Assembly: GCA_965202685.1 (NCBI GenBank)
Contig: OZ241853.1
Span: 1,176,262-1,240,261, forward strand
Length of the DNA stretch: 64,000 nt
DNA from: Gammaproteobacteria bacterium
Lineage (GTDB): Bacteria > Pseudomonadota > Gammaproteobacteria > Eutrophobiales > Eutrophobiaceae
Direction: 5' to 3'
Of the stretch, positions 16,654 to 25,617 are shown piece after piece. The translations under genes were made by a program, and so were the position numbers. Below the pieces are notes generated by a model that saw only the letters and a list, made by a program, of their open reading frames with translations, had not been told where the DNA came from and did no database searches. How positions within the stretch are numbered: the stretch's first letter is position 1; each line of letters opens with the position of its first letter.

Positions 16654-18639
16654 ATGGCGGCTATGACCAATCGCATTCGAGAAGGGGGCCGATTTCATAG
16701 TCTGGCGTTGAGCGTGTGGGCCTTGTTTTTGATTACGGGCCTCGCCATCGTCGATGACTACGGCGTCTCGCCGGACACGGTGGAGCAACGTCGTGTCACC
16801 CTCAACACCCTCAACTATGTCCTGCATGACGACCAAACTCTGTTGCACATGGATGCTGACCGCTTCTACGGCGTCGCCTTCGAGGCGCCCCTGTTCCTGT
16901 TGGAACGGGTCCTGGGGCTAGAAGATCTGCGCCATATCTATTTGACCCGCCATGTCCTGACGCACCTGTTGTTTCTAATCGGCGGGTTCTGTTGCTATCT
17001 GCTGGCGTTTCGATTGTCCGGCGACCGGCTGGCGGCGCTGTTGGCCATGGCGCTGTTTCTCCTGTCCCCGCGCCTCTACGCCCATTCCTTCTTCAACAGC
17101 AAGGATCCAGTGTTCGCCAGCGCCTTCGTCATGGCCTTGCTCGTTGTGAGCTGCGCCTTTGACAGGGACTCGGTGGGGGCCTATCGGTGGGGCGGGGCGG
17201 CAGTGGGGCTTCTCGTCAACCTGCGCGTCATGGGCGTGGTTCTGTTTGCCATCGTGTTGCTTTTTCGGGCCTGGGCCTGGTTCCGGGCCGAGGGGGACGC
17301 GGCGCGGCGGCGGGTTGTAGTGACCACTGGGGCTTTCGCCCTGTGGGGGGGCGTTATTTTGTTCATTAGCCTGCCCTATCTCTGGGAGGACCCCGTAGGG
17401 CGTCTGGTGGAAATGCCAGCGGTACTGAGTGATCATCCTATCGTTCTTTATGAATTGTTCCGGGGGCAGGTGCTTTCCAGCGCGGCGTTGCCTTGGGACT
17501 ATGTGTTGCATTGGTTCGTCATCAGCCAGCCGCCGGTGACCTTGTTGTTGGGTCTGTTGGGCATGGGGGCCCTAGGTCTTGCCGTTTGGGGCGTCGTCAG
17601 GCGCGGCGCGGGCGCCGGGCCGGGGCGCAGCTTAGGGGGAGACGCCGAGTTGCGCTTCGGCGTCTTGCTCGCAATCTGCTTTGCGTTGCCCCTGGTTGCC
17701 TTTGCGCTGTTGCGACCCACCACCATCAATGGCTGGCGGCATTTTTATTTCCTGCACGGGCCTTTTTGTCTGCTGGCGACCTTCGCCCTGATGGGGTTGC
17801 GCCAGCTGTCGGCGCGGGGGTTGCCCAAAGAATGGCTCGGCGGCGCGGCGTGCGCGCTGACAGCGGCAGGGTTGTGCGTCGTGGTTGTCCAGATGGCGCA
17901 GATCCATCCTAACCAGCAACTTTATTTCAACTTCTTTGCGGACCGGAAGACCCCGGAACGGCTACACGCCTGGTACGAAATGGATTACTACGCCATAGCG
18001 GAGCGGCAAAGTTATGAACACATCCTGCGACAAGCATCTGCTTCCATCATTAACCTGAAGCCACGGCAGGCGGTATCGCCGCGGCGGGACAACCGCAATG
18101 TGCATATTCTTCCCTCGGCGGCCCGCAACCGGTTCACCAACGATCCGAAACGCGACCCGGATTTCTACTTGGGAACCACCGCCGTAAATTCGCTACCGGA
18201 GGTGCCTAGGGTGTTTTTCCCCCCCGTTCTCCACCGGATTAAGGTCTATAACAACACCATGATGACCGTATCCACGCCAGATCTGTCCCGGGTTGACCCA
18301 GTGGTGACGAATGCGTATCGGGATTTGCGCCGGGCAGTGATGACGGGGGAACCAGTGGCCCGGGCGGGAGGCTTTGATGTGTATCTGCATGGCAAGCGGC
18401 TGGCGTGGGCGAAGGAGGCTTGCGAGCCCGGGGCGCTGAGGCGCGAGTTCCGGTTCAAGCTTTATCCGGTGGACGCAGGCCGTTTGCTGGCCCATCACCA
18501 GAAACAGGGCTACTTCGAACTCAGCGTCCGCGGGGTGCGGTTTGATGGCAAGTGCCTGGGGGCGGCGCGGTTGCCGGATTTCGCCTTGGCCCGGATTCTC
18601 CTGAAGCAACCAGGGAAGTGGGTTGAGGTGCCTCTTTAA
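16654..18639 (+). CDS. Array copy 3: GT-C-like membrane glycosyltransferase paralog
   Basis: 661 aa with the conserved family motifs and a distinct linker (…INLKPRQAVSPRRDNRNVHILPSAARNRF…). Confidence 0.85.
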   Translation: MAAMTNRIREGGRFHSLALSVWALFLITGLAIVDDYGVSPDTVEQRRVTLNTLNYVLHDDQTLLHMDADRFYGVAFEAPLFLLERVLGLEDLRHIYLTRHVLTHLLFLIGGFCCYLLAFRLSGDRLAALLAMALFLLSPRLYAHSFFNSKDPVFASAFVMALLVVSCAFDRDSVGAYRWGGAAVGLLVNLRVMGVVLFAIVLLFRAWAWFRAEGDAARRRVVVTTGAFALWGGVILFISLPYLWEDPVGRLVEMPAVLSDHPIVLYELFRGQVLSSAALPWDYVLHWFVISQPPVTLLLGLLGMGALGLAVWGVVRRGAGAGPGRSLGGDAELRFGVLLAICFALPLVAFALLRPTTINGWRHFYFLHGPFCLLATFALMGLRQLSARGLPKEWLGGAACALTAAGLCVVVVQMAQIHPNQQLYFNFFADRKTPERLHAWYEMDYYAIAERQSYEHILRQASASIINLKPRQAVSPRRDNRNVHILPSAARNRFTNDPKRDPDFYLGTTAVNSLPEVPRVFFPPVLHRIKVYNNTMMTVSTPDLSRVDPVVTNAYRDLRRAVMTGEPVARAGGFDVYLHGKRLAWAKEACEPGALRREFRFKLYPVDAGRLLAHHQKQGYFELSVRGVRFDGKCLGAARLPDFALARILLKQPGKWVEVPL

Positions 18640-18790
18640 CTTTTAGCTTGTCAGTTTTCCGTTTTAGCTTGTTAGTTTTCCGCCATGCATCGCGGCATCT
18701 CTTCGCTCGGTCAGTCATGTATTTGATATACACTCCTTCCCGCGCTCATCACGCCGCTTGCCTGACGAAAAATTTCCGTCGCTAAAAGGG
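18640..18790. repeat. Exemplar of the ~125-bp MITE-like intergenic repeat (modules A+B, forward orientation). The family fills every spacer between 7446 and 57100 in both orientations.
   Basis: ttttagcttgttagttttccgccatgcatcgcggcatctcttcgctcggtcagtcatgtatttgatatacactccttcccgcgctcatcacgccgcttgcctgacgaaaaatttccgtcgctaaaa. Its reverse complement occurs e.g. at 29893-30033. The termini ttttagc…gctaaaa form a short inverted repeat. Confidence 0.8.
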
Positions 18791-18837
18791 TTGCGGGATA
18801 ACGGAAAACTAACAGGCTAAAAGGGTAATATGGCGGC

Positions 18838-20817
18838 ATGTCTGCAATAACCAGCCGTATTGGAGAACGGATCCGGTTCCATCGTTTAGCGTTGATTGCA
18901 TGCGCCCTGTTCCTGATTACGGGCCTCGCCATCGTCGATGACTACGGCGTCTCGTGGGATACGGGGATGCAGCGTCTTGTCGCCATCAACACTGTCAACT
19001 ATATCCTGCATGGCGACCAAACCATGTTGAAAATAGAGGCTGACCGTTTCTACGGCGCCGCCTTCGAGGCGCCCCTGCTTCTGTTGACGGAACGGGGCCT
19101 GGGCCTGGAAGACCCGCGCCACGTCTATTTGGCCCGCCATGTCCTCACGCACTTGTTTTTTCTGCTTGGCGGATTCTGTTGCTATCTGTTGGCGTTTCGC
19201 TTGTCCGGCGACCGGCTGGCGGCGCTGTTGGTCATGGCGCTGTTCCTGCTGTCCCCGCGTCTCTACGCCCATTCCTTCTTCAACAGCAAGGATCCAATGT
19301 TCGCCAGCGCCTTCGTCATGGCCTTGCTCGTTGTGTGTCGCACCTTTGACAAAGACTCGGTGGGGGCCTATCGGTGGGGCGGGATGGCGATGGGACTTCT
19401 CGTCCACCTGCGCATCATGGGCGTGGTTCTGTTTGCTCTCGTGTTGGTTTTTCGGACCTGGGCCTGGTTCCGGGCCGGGGGGCGGGCGGCGCGGCGGCGG
19501 GTGGCGGCGACCACTGGGGCTTTTGCCCTGTGGGGGGGCCTTGTCTTGTTCATCAGCCTGCCCTACCTCTGGAGGGACCCCGTAGGGCGGCTTTCAGAAT
19601 ATTGGATGGCGTTGGCCGATCATCCTGCCATCCACTCTCGCGAATTGCTCCGGGGTCAGGTGTTTCCTAACACGGCGTTGCCTTGGGACTATGTGTTGCA
19701 CTGGTTCGCCATCAGCCAGCCGCCGGTGACCTTGTTATTGGGGCTGTTGGGCCTAGTGGCCTTGGGCCTTGCCGCTGGGGGCGTCGTCAGACGCAACGCG
19801 GGCGCTGGGCCGGGCGCGGCATGGGGGGGTGCCGAGTTGCGCTTTGGCGTCCTGCTCGCAACCTGCTTTGCGTTGCCGCTGGTCGCCTTTGCGCTGTTGC
19901 GGCCCACCACTCTCGATAGCTGGCGGCATTTTTATTTCCTGCACGGGCCTTTTTGTCTGCTGGCGACCTTCGCCCTGATGGGGTTGCGCCAGTTGCCGGC
20001 GCGGGGGGCGCGAAAAGGATGGGTCGGCGGCGTTGCCTGCGGGCTGACAGCGGCGGGGCTGTGCGTCGCGGCGTTGGAGATGGCGCAGATCCATCCCCAC
20101 CAATATCTCTATTTCAACTTTTTTGTGGACCGCAAAACTCCGGAACGGCTACGGACCCGCTACACCATGGATCACTGGGACATGGCGATGCGGCAGAGTT
20201 ACGAACACCTACTAAGGCAAACTCCGACCGCCGCCATTAACCTGGAAAAGCAATACCTCATCTCGAGACTCAATTTGAGTAAAATGATTCTTCCCGCGGC
20301 AGACCGGCACCGGTTCACCCACGACCCCAGTCGCGACGCGGATTTCTATTTAAACGGAAGCACAAGGCAAAGCTTCCTGCTCAAAGATCCTTTTCCTCCC
20401 GTTCTCCACCGGTTCAAGGTCTATAACAACACGATGTTGATCTTATCCACGCCGGATTTGTCCCGGGTTGACCCGGCGTTGGCGGAGGCGTATCGGGATT
20501 TGCATCGGGCGGCGACAGCAGGGGAACCGGTGGCGCGGGCGGGCGGCTTCGATGCGCACCTGCATGGCAACCGGCTGGCGTGGGTGAAGGAGGATTGCGA
20601 GCCTGGGGCGCTGAGGCGCGAGTTCTTGCTCAAGCTTTATCCGGCGGACCCGGGCCGTTTGCCGGAATCTCGCCGGCGATGGGGCTACTTCGAATTCTAC
20701 GCCCGCGGAGTGCGGTTTGACGGCAAATGCCTGGGGGCGCGACAGTTGCCGGATTTCGCCCTAACCCGGATTCGCCTGGGACAACCAGGGAAGTGGGAAG
20801 TCGACATCCCCTTTTAG
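18838..20817 (+). CDS. Array copy 4: GT-C-like membrane glycosyltransferase paralog
   Basis: 659 aa with linker class …ILPAADRHRFTHDPSRD…. Only 55 bp separate it from copy 5. Confidence 0.85.
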   Translation: MSAITSRIGERIRFHRLALIACALFLITGLAIVDDYGVSWDTGMQRLVAINTVNYILHGDQTMLKIEADRFYGAAFEAPLLLLTERGLGLEDPRHVYLARHVLTHLFFLLGGFCCYLLAFRLSGDRLAALLVMALFLLSPRLYAHSFFNSKDPMFASAFVMALLVVCRTFDKDSVGAYRWGGMAMGLLVHLRIMGVVLFALVLVFRTWAWFRAGGRAARRRVAATTGAFALWGGLVLFISLPYLWRDPVGRLSEYWMALADHPAIHSRELLRGQVFPNTALPWDYVLHWFAISQPPVTLLLGLLGLVALGLAAGGVVRRNAGAGPGAAWGGAELRFGVLLATCFALPLVAFALLRPTTLDSWRHFYFLHGPFCLLATFALMGLRQLPARGARKGWVGGVACGLTAAGLCVAALEMAQIHPHQYLYFNFFVDRKTPERLRTRYTMDHWDMAMRQSYEHLLRQTPTAAINLEKQYLISRLNLSKMILPAADRHRFTHDPSRDADFYLNGSTRQSFLLKDPFPPVLHRFKVYNNTMLILSTPDLSRVDPALAEAYRDLHRAATAGEPVARAGGFDAHLHGNRLAWVKEDCEPGALRREFLLKLYPADPGRLPESRRRWGYFEFYARGVRFDGKCLGARQLPDFALTRIRLGQPGKWEVDIPF

Positions 20818-20871
20818 CTTGTTAGTTTTCCGCCATCCCGCCTGGCGCATTGACCGCTATATAATGGCGGC

Positions 20872-22854
20872 ATGGCGGCAATAACCAACCGCATTGGAGA
20901 ACGGGCCCGATTCCATGGCTTGGCGTTGATCTTGTTGTTCTTGTTTTTGGTCACGGGCCTCGCCATCGTCGATGACTACGGCGTCTCGTGGGATGCGGAT
21001 GGGCAGCGTGACGTCGCCATCGGCACCCTCAACTACATCCTGCATAGCGACCAAACCCTGTTGCAAATAGACGCTCACCGCTTCTACGGCGCCGCCTTCG
21101 AGTTGCCCCTGTTCCTGCTGACGCAACGGCTCCTGGGGCTGGAAGACCCGCGCCATGTCTATTTAGCTCGCTATGCTCTAACGCACCTGTTTTTTCTACT
21201 CGGCGGGTTCTGTTGCTACCTGTTGGCGCGGCGCTTGTCCGGCGACCGGCTGAGTGCGCTGTTGGTCATGTTGCTGTTCCTGCTGTCCCCGCGCCTCTAC
21301 GCCCATTCCTTCTTCAACAGCAGGGATCCAGTGTTCGCCAGCGCCTTCGTCATGACCTTGCTCGTTGTGAGCCGCGCCTTTGACAAGGACTCGGTGGGAG
21401 CCTATCGGTGGTGCGGGGCGGCAGCGGGGCTTCTGGTCAACCTGCGCATCATGGGCGTGGTTCTGTTTGCTCTCGTGTTGGTCTTTCGGGCCTGGGCCTG
21501 GTTTCGGGCCGGGGGGGACGCGGCGCGGCGGCGGGTTGTAGTGACCACTGGCGCTTTTGCCCTGTGGGGGGGCCTTGTCTTGTTCATCAGCCTGCCCTAT
21601 CTCTGGAGGGACCCCGCAGGGCGTCTTTCAGAATATTGGACAGCGTTGGCCAACCATCCTGTCGTTCCTTATGAATTATTCCGGGGGGAGGTGTTTTCCG
21701 GCGCGGCGTTGCCTTGGGACTTTATGTTGCGCTGGTTCGCCATCAGCCAGCCGCCGGTGACCTTGTTGTTGGGTCTGTTGGGCCTGGCGGCCCTGGGTCT
21801 TGCCGCTGGGAGCGTCGTCAGACGCGGCGCGGGCGCCGGATCGGGGCACGGCGTGGGGGGCGCTGAGTTGCGTTTCGGCATTCTGCTCGCAACTTGCTTC
21901 CTGTTGCCCCTAGTTGCCTTTGTTCTGTTGCGACCCACTTCCCTCGATGACTGGCGGCATTTTTATTTTCTGCACGGGCCTTTTTGCCTGTTGGCGACCT
22001 TCGCCCTGATGGGATTGCGAAGAGGATGGGTTGGCGGCGTTGCTTGCGCGCTGACAGCGGCGGGGTTGTGCGTCGCGGCCCTTGAGATGGCGCAGATCCA
22101 TCCTAACCAGCACCTCTATTTCAACTTTTTAGCGGACCGAAAAACCCCGGAACGGTTACGGTCCCGCTACGCCACAGATTACCACCTCATAGCGATGCGG
22201 CAAGGTTATGAGCACATCCTGCGGCAAGGGCCCGCTTCCATCATTAACCTGAAGCCGCAAGGGAAGGCGCCATCGCCGCGGCAGATCGACCTCCATGTGC
22301 AGATCCTCCCGGCGGCGGCCCGGAGCCGGTTCACCTACGACCGCAGTCGCGACCCGGATTTCTACCTGGCAAGCAACGCCAGAAATCCGGAGGCAAGCGT
22401 GCTTGAAGACTCTTTCCCCCCCGTTCTCCATCGGCTCAAGGTCTATAACAACACCATTGTAACCGTTTCCACGCCGGATTTATCCCGGGTTGCCCCGGCG
22501 GTGACGGATGAATATCGGGCTTTGCATCGGGCGGCCACGGCGGGGGAACCAGCGGCCCGGGCGAGGGGCTTTGATGTGCACCTGCATGGCAAGCAACTGG
22601 CGTGGGTGAAGGAGGCTTGCGAGCCTGGAGCGCTAAGGCACGAGTTCCAGCTCAAGCTTTATCCGATGGACTCGGGCCATTTGCCGGACCATCTCCGGAA
22701 ACAGGGCTACTTTGAATTCAGTGTCCGCGGGGTGCGGTTTGATGGCAAGTGCCTGGGGGCAACGCGGTTGCCGGATTTCGCCTTGGCCCGGATTCGCCTG
22801 TGGCAGTCCGGTCTTGGCGGGGGGTTGCTATGGGAAGTCGAGGTGCCTCTTTAG
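20872..22854 (+). CDS. Array copy 5: GT-C-like membrane glycosyltransferase paralog
   Basis: 660 aa. Small in-frame deletion after LMGLR relative to most copies. Tail ...GGGLLWEVEVPL. Confidence 0.85.
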   Translation: MAAITNRIGERARFHGLALILLFLFLVTGLAIVDDYGVSWDADGQRDVAIGTLNYILHSDQTLLQIDAHRFYGAAFELPLFLLTQRLLGLEDPRHVYLARYALTHLFFLLGGFCCYLLARRLSGDRLSALLVMLLFLLSPRLYAHSFFNSRDPVFASAFVMTLLVVSRAFDKDSVGAYRWCGAAAGLLVNLRIMGVVLFALVLVFRAWAWFRAGGDAARRRVVVTTGAFALWGGLVLFISLPYLWRDPAGRLSEYWTALANHPVVPYELFRGEVFSGAALPWDFMLRWFAISQPPVTLLLGLLGLAALGLAAGSVVRRGAGAGSGHGVGGAELRFGILLATCFLLPLVAFVLLRPTSLDDWRHFYFLHGPFCLLATFALMGLRRGWVGGVACALTAAGLCVAALEMAQIHPNQHLYFNFLADRKTPERLRSRYATDYHLIAMRQGYEHILRQGPASIINLKPQGKAPSPRQIDLHVQILPAAARSRFTYDRSRDPDFYLASNARNPEASVLEDSFPPVLHRLKVYNNTIVTVSTPDLSRVAPAVTDEYRALHRAATAGEPAARARGFDVHLHGKQLAWVKEACEPGALRHEFQLKLYPMDSGHLPDHLRKQGYFEFSVRGVRFDGKCLGATRLPDFALARIRLWQSGLGGGLLWEVEVPL

Positions 22855-23105
22855 CTTTTAGCTTGTTAGTTTTCCGTTTTAGCTTGTTAGTTTTCCGCCA
22901 TGTGGCGCGGCGTTTCCTCGCTCGGCCAGTTTTAGCTTGTTAGTTTTCCGTTATCCTGCCTGGCGCTTCCGCGTTCGGCCAGTCATGTATTTGACATACA
23001 CTCCCGTCCTCGCTCATCACGCCGCTTGCCTGACGAAAAACTTCCGTCGCTAAAAGGGTTGCGGGATGGCGGAAAGCTAACAAGCTAAAAGGGTAATATG
23101 GCGGC

Positions 23106-25172
23106 ATGTCTGCAATGACCAACCGCATTGGAGAACGGGCCCGATTCCATGGCCTAGCGTTGATTTTGTGGTCCCTGTTCTTAATAGCGGGCCTCGCCAT
23201 CGTTGATGACTACGGCGTCTCGCCGGATGTGGTAAACCAGCGTCGTATCGCCATAGACACCGTCGACTATGTCCTGCATAGCGACCAAGCCCTGTTGCAA
23301 ATAGACGCTGACCGCTTCTACGGCGCCGCCTTCGAGTTGCCCCTGTTGCTGTTGACGGAACAGGTCCTGGGGCTGGAAGACCCGCGCCATGTCCATTTGG
23401 CCTGTCATGTCCTGACGCACCTGTTTTTTCTGCTTGGCGGATTCTGTTGCTATCTGCTGGCGTGGCGCTTGTCCGGCGACCGGCTGGCGGCGCTGTTGGT
23501 CATGGCGCTGTTCCTGCTGTCTCCGCGTCTTTACGCCCATTCCTTCTTCAACAGCAAGGATCCAGTGTTCGCCAGCGCCTTCGTGATGGCCTTGCTCTTT
23601 GTGAGCCGCGCCTTTGACAAGGATTCGGTGGAGGCCTATCGGTGGTGCGGGGCGGCGGCGGGACTTCTCATCCACCTGCGCGTCATGGGCGTGGTTCTGT
23701 TTGCTCTCGTGTTGGTCTTTCGGGCCTGGGCCTGGTTCCGGGCCGGGGGGCGGGCGGCGCGGTGGCAGGTTGTGGCGACCACTGGGGTTTTTGCCCTGTG
23801 GGGGGGTGTTGTCTTGTTCATCAGCCTGCCCTATCTCTGGAGGGACCCCGCAGGGCGGCTGGTTGAAATGGTCGTGGCGTTGGCCGACCATCCCACTACC
23901 ACTGATGAATTGTTCCGGGGTCAGGTTTTTTCAAGCGCAGCGTTGCCTTGGGACTATATGTTGCACTGGTTCGCCATCAGCCAGCCGCCGGTGACCTTGT
24001 TGTTGGGCCTGTTGGGTCTAGTGGCCTTGGGCCTTGCCGCTCAGGGCGGCGCCAGGCCGGGCGCGGCATGGGGGGTTGCCGAGTTGCGCTTCGGCGTCCT
24101 GCTCGCAACCTGCTTTGCGTTGCCCCTAATTGCCTTTGTTCTGTTGCGACCCACTGCCTACCAGGGCTGGCGGCATTTTTATTTCCTGCACGGGCCTTTT
24201 TGCCTGCTGGCAACCTTCGCCCTGATGGGGGTGCGCCAGTTGCTGGCGCGGGGGTTGCGAAAAAAATGGGTTGGCGGCGCGGCTTGCGCGCTGACAGCGG
24301 CGGGACTGGGCGCGGCGGCGTTGGAGATGGCGCAAATTCATCCTTACCAATATCTCTATTTCAACTTTTTAGCGGACCGGAACACCCCGGAAGGGTTGCG
24401 CGAACGCTACGAGACATACTGGAACCTGATGTTGCGGCAAGGGTATGAACACATCCTGCGGCAAGCGCCCGCCTCCACTATTAACATGAGGCTGCGAGGG
24501 ATTAGCCCACGGGGAGGGGTTCGCCCACAGGCGGACATCAACCGCAATGTGCGGATTCTCCCGGCGGCGGCCCGGAGCCGGTTCACCTACGATCCTAGTC
24601 GCGATCCGGATTTCTACTTGGAAACCAACGCCAGAAACCTGCCGCCAGGCATGCTTAAGGACTCTTTCCCCCCCGTTCTCCACCGGTTCAAGGTCTATAA
24701 CAACACCATGTTGACCGTTTCCACGCCAGATCTGTCCCGGGTTGATCCGGCGGTGGCGGAGGCGTATCGGGCTTTGCGCCGGGCGGCGATGGCGGGGAAA
24801 CCGGTGGGCCGGGCAAAGGGCTTTGATGTCTGGCGAAGCCGCGAATGGCTCCGCGCCAGGGGGGAACCGGTGGCCCAGGCGAGAGGCTTTGATGTGCACC
24901 TGCATGGCAACCGGCTGGTGTGGGTGAAGGATGCTTGCGAGCCTGGGGCGATGATGCACAGGTTCCGGCTGGAACTTTACCCGGCGGACGCGGGCCGTTT
25001 GCCAGCCCAGCACCAGAAACGGGGCTACTTTATAATCAACGCCTCTGGGGTGCGGTTTGATGGCAAGTGCCTGTGGGCAACGCGACTGCCGGATTTCGCC
25101 CTGGCCCAGATTCGCCTGTGGCAATCCGTTCCTGGCTGGGGTTTGATGTGGCAAACCGACATTCACTTCTAG
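23106..25172 (+). CDS. Array copy 6: GT-C-like membrane glycosyltransferase paralog
   Basis: 688 aa. C-terminal domain contains an internal in-frame duplication (~24790-24900: GKPVGRAKGFDV...GEPVAQARGFDV). Tail ...GLMWQTDIHF. Confidence 0.85.
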   Translation: MSAMTNRIGERARFHGLALILWSLFLIAGLAIVDDYGVSPDVVNQRRIAIDTVDYVLHSDQALLQIDADRFYGAAFELPLLLLTEQVLGLEDPRHVHLACHVLTHLFFLLGGFCCYLLAWRLSGDRLAALLVMALFLLSPRLYAHSFFNSKDPVFASAFVMALLFVSRAFDKDSVEAYRWCGAAAGLLIHLRVMGVVLFALVLVFRAWAWFRAGGRAARWQVVATTGVFALWGGVVLFISLPYLWRDPAGRLVEMVVALADHPTTTDELFRGQVFSSAALPWDYMLHWFAISQPPVTLLLGLLGLVALGLAAQGGARPGAAWGVAELRFGVLLATCFALPLIAFVLLRPTAYQGWRHFYFLHGPFCLLATFALMGVRQLLARGLRKKWVGGAACALTAAGLGAAALEMAQIHPYQYLYFNFLADRNTPEGLRERYETYWNLMLRQGYEHILRQAPASTINMRLRGISPRGGVRPQADINRNVRILPAAARSRFTYDPSRDPDFYLETNARNLPPGMLKDSFPPVLHRFKVYNNTMLTVSTPDLSRVDPAVAEAYRALRRAAMAGKPVGRAKGFDVWRSREWLRARGEPVAQARGFDVHLHGNRLVWVKDACEPGAMMHRFRLELYPADAGRLPAQHQKRGYFIINASGVRFDGKCLWATRLPDFALAQIRLWQSVPGWGLMWQTDIHF

Positions 25173-25212
25173 TTTTAGCTTGTTTTAGCTTGTTAGTTTT
25201 CCGTTATTCTGC

Positions 25213-25348
25213 CTGCGCGACCCCCGAGGGCATAGCTTGGGGTCGGGCTTTTTACGACACGCTGTAAATCCATCCGCGAGACGCTCTCGGCGCGGCCATC
25301 CAAGCCGCACAGGGTCTTAAAAGCCCGACCCCAAGCTGCGCCCCTTTT
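25213..25348. repeat. Module C hairpin element, copy 2
   Basis: agcttggggtcgggcttttt…aaaagcccgaccccaagct: a perfect 17-bp outer stem, with the stem sequence co-varying relative to the other copies. Confidence 0.6.
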
Positions 25349-25617
25349 AGCTTGTTAGTTTTCCGCCATCCCGCAACACTTTTAGCGACGGAAGTTTTTC
25401 GTCAGGCAAGCGGCGTGACGAGCATTTAGCGACGGAAGTTTTTCGTTAGGCAACTGGCGCGACAAGTGAAGGAAGAAGTGTGCATAAAGCACATGACTGA
25501 CTGAACGCGGAAGCGCCAGGCAGGATAACGGAAAACTAACAAGCTAAAACTGACCGAGCGAGGAAACGCCGCGCCACATGGCAGAAAACTAACAAGCTAA
25601 AAGGGTAATATGGCGGC

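Noticed and set aside
20845-20875. A σ70 promoter made of TTGACC + TATAAT upstream of copies 1, 3 and 5 (gcattgaccgctatataatgg).
   Set aside because: The spacing between the -35-like and -10-like hexamers is only ~4 nt, incompatible with a canonical σ70 promoter. Only the -10-like box is retained as a weak observation.
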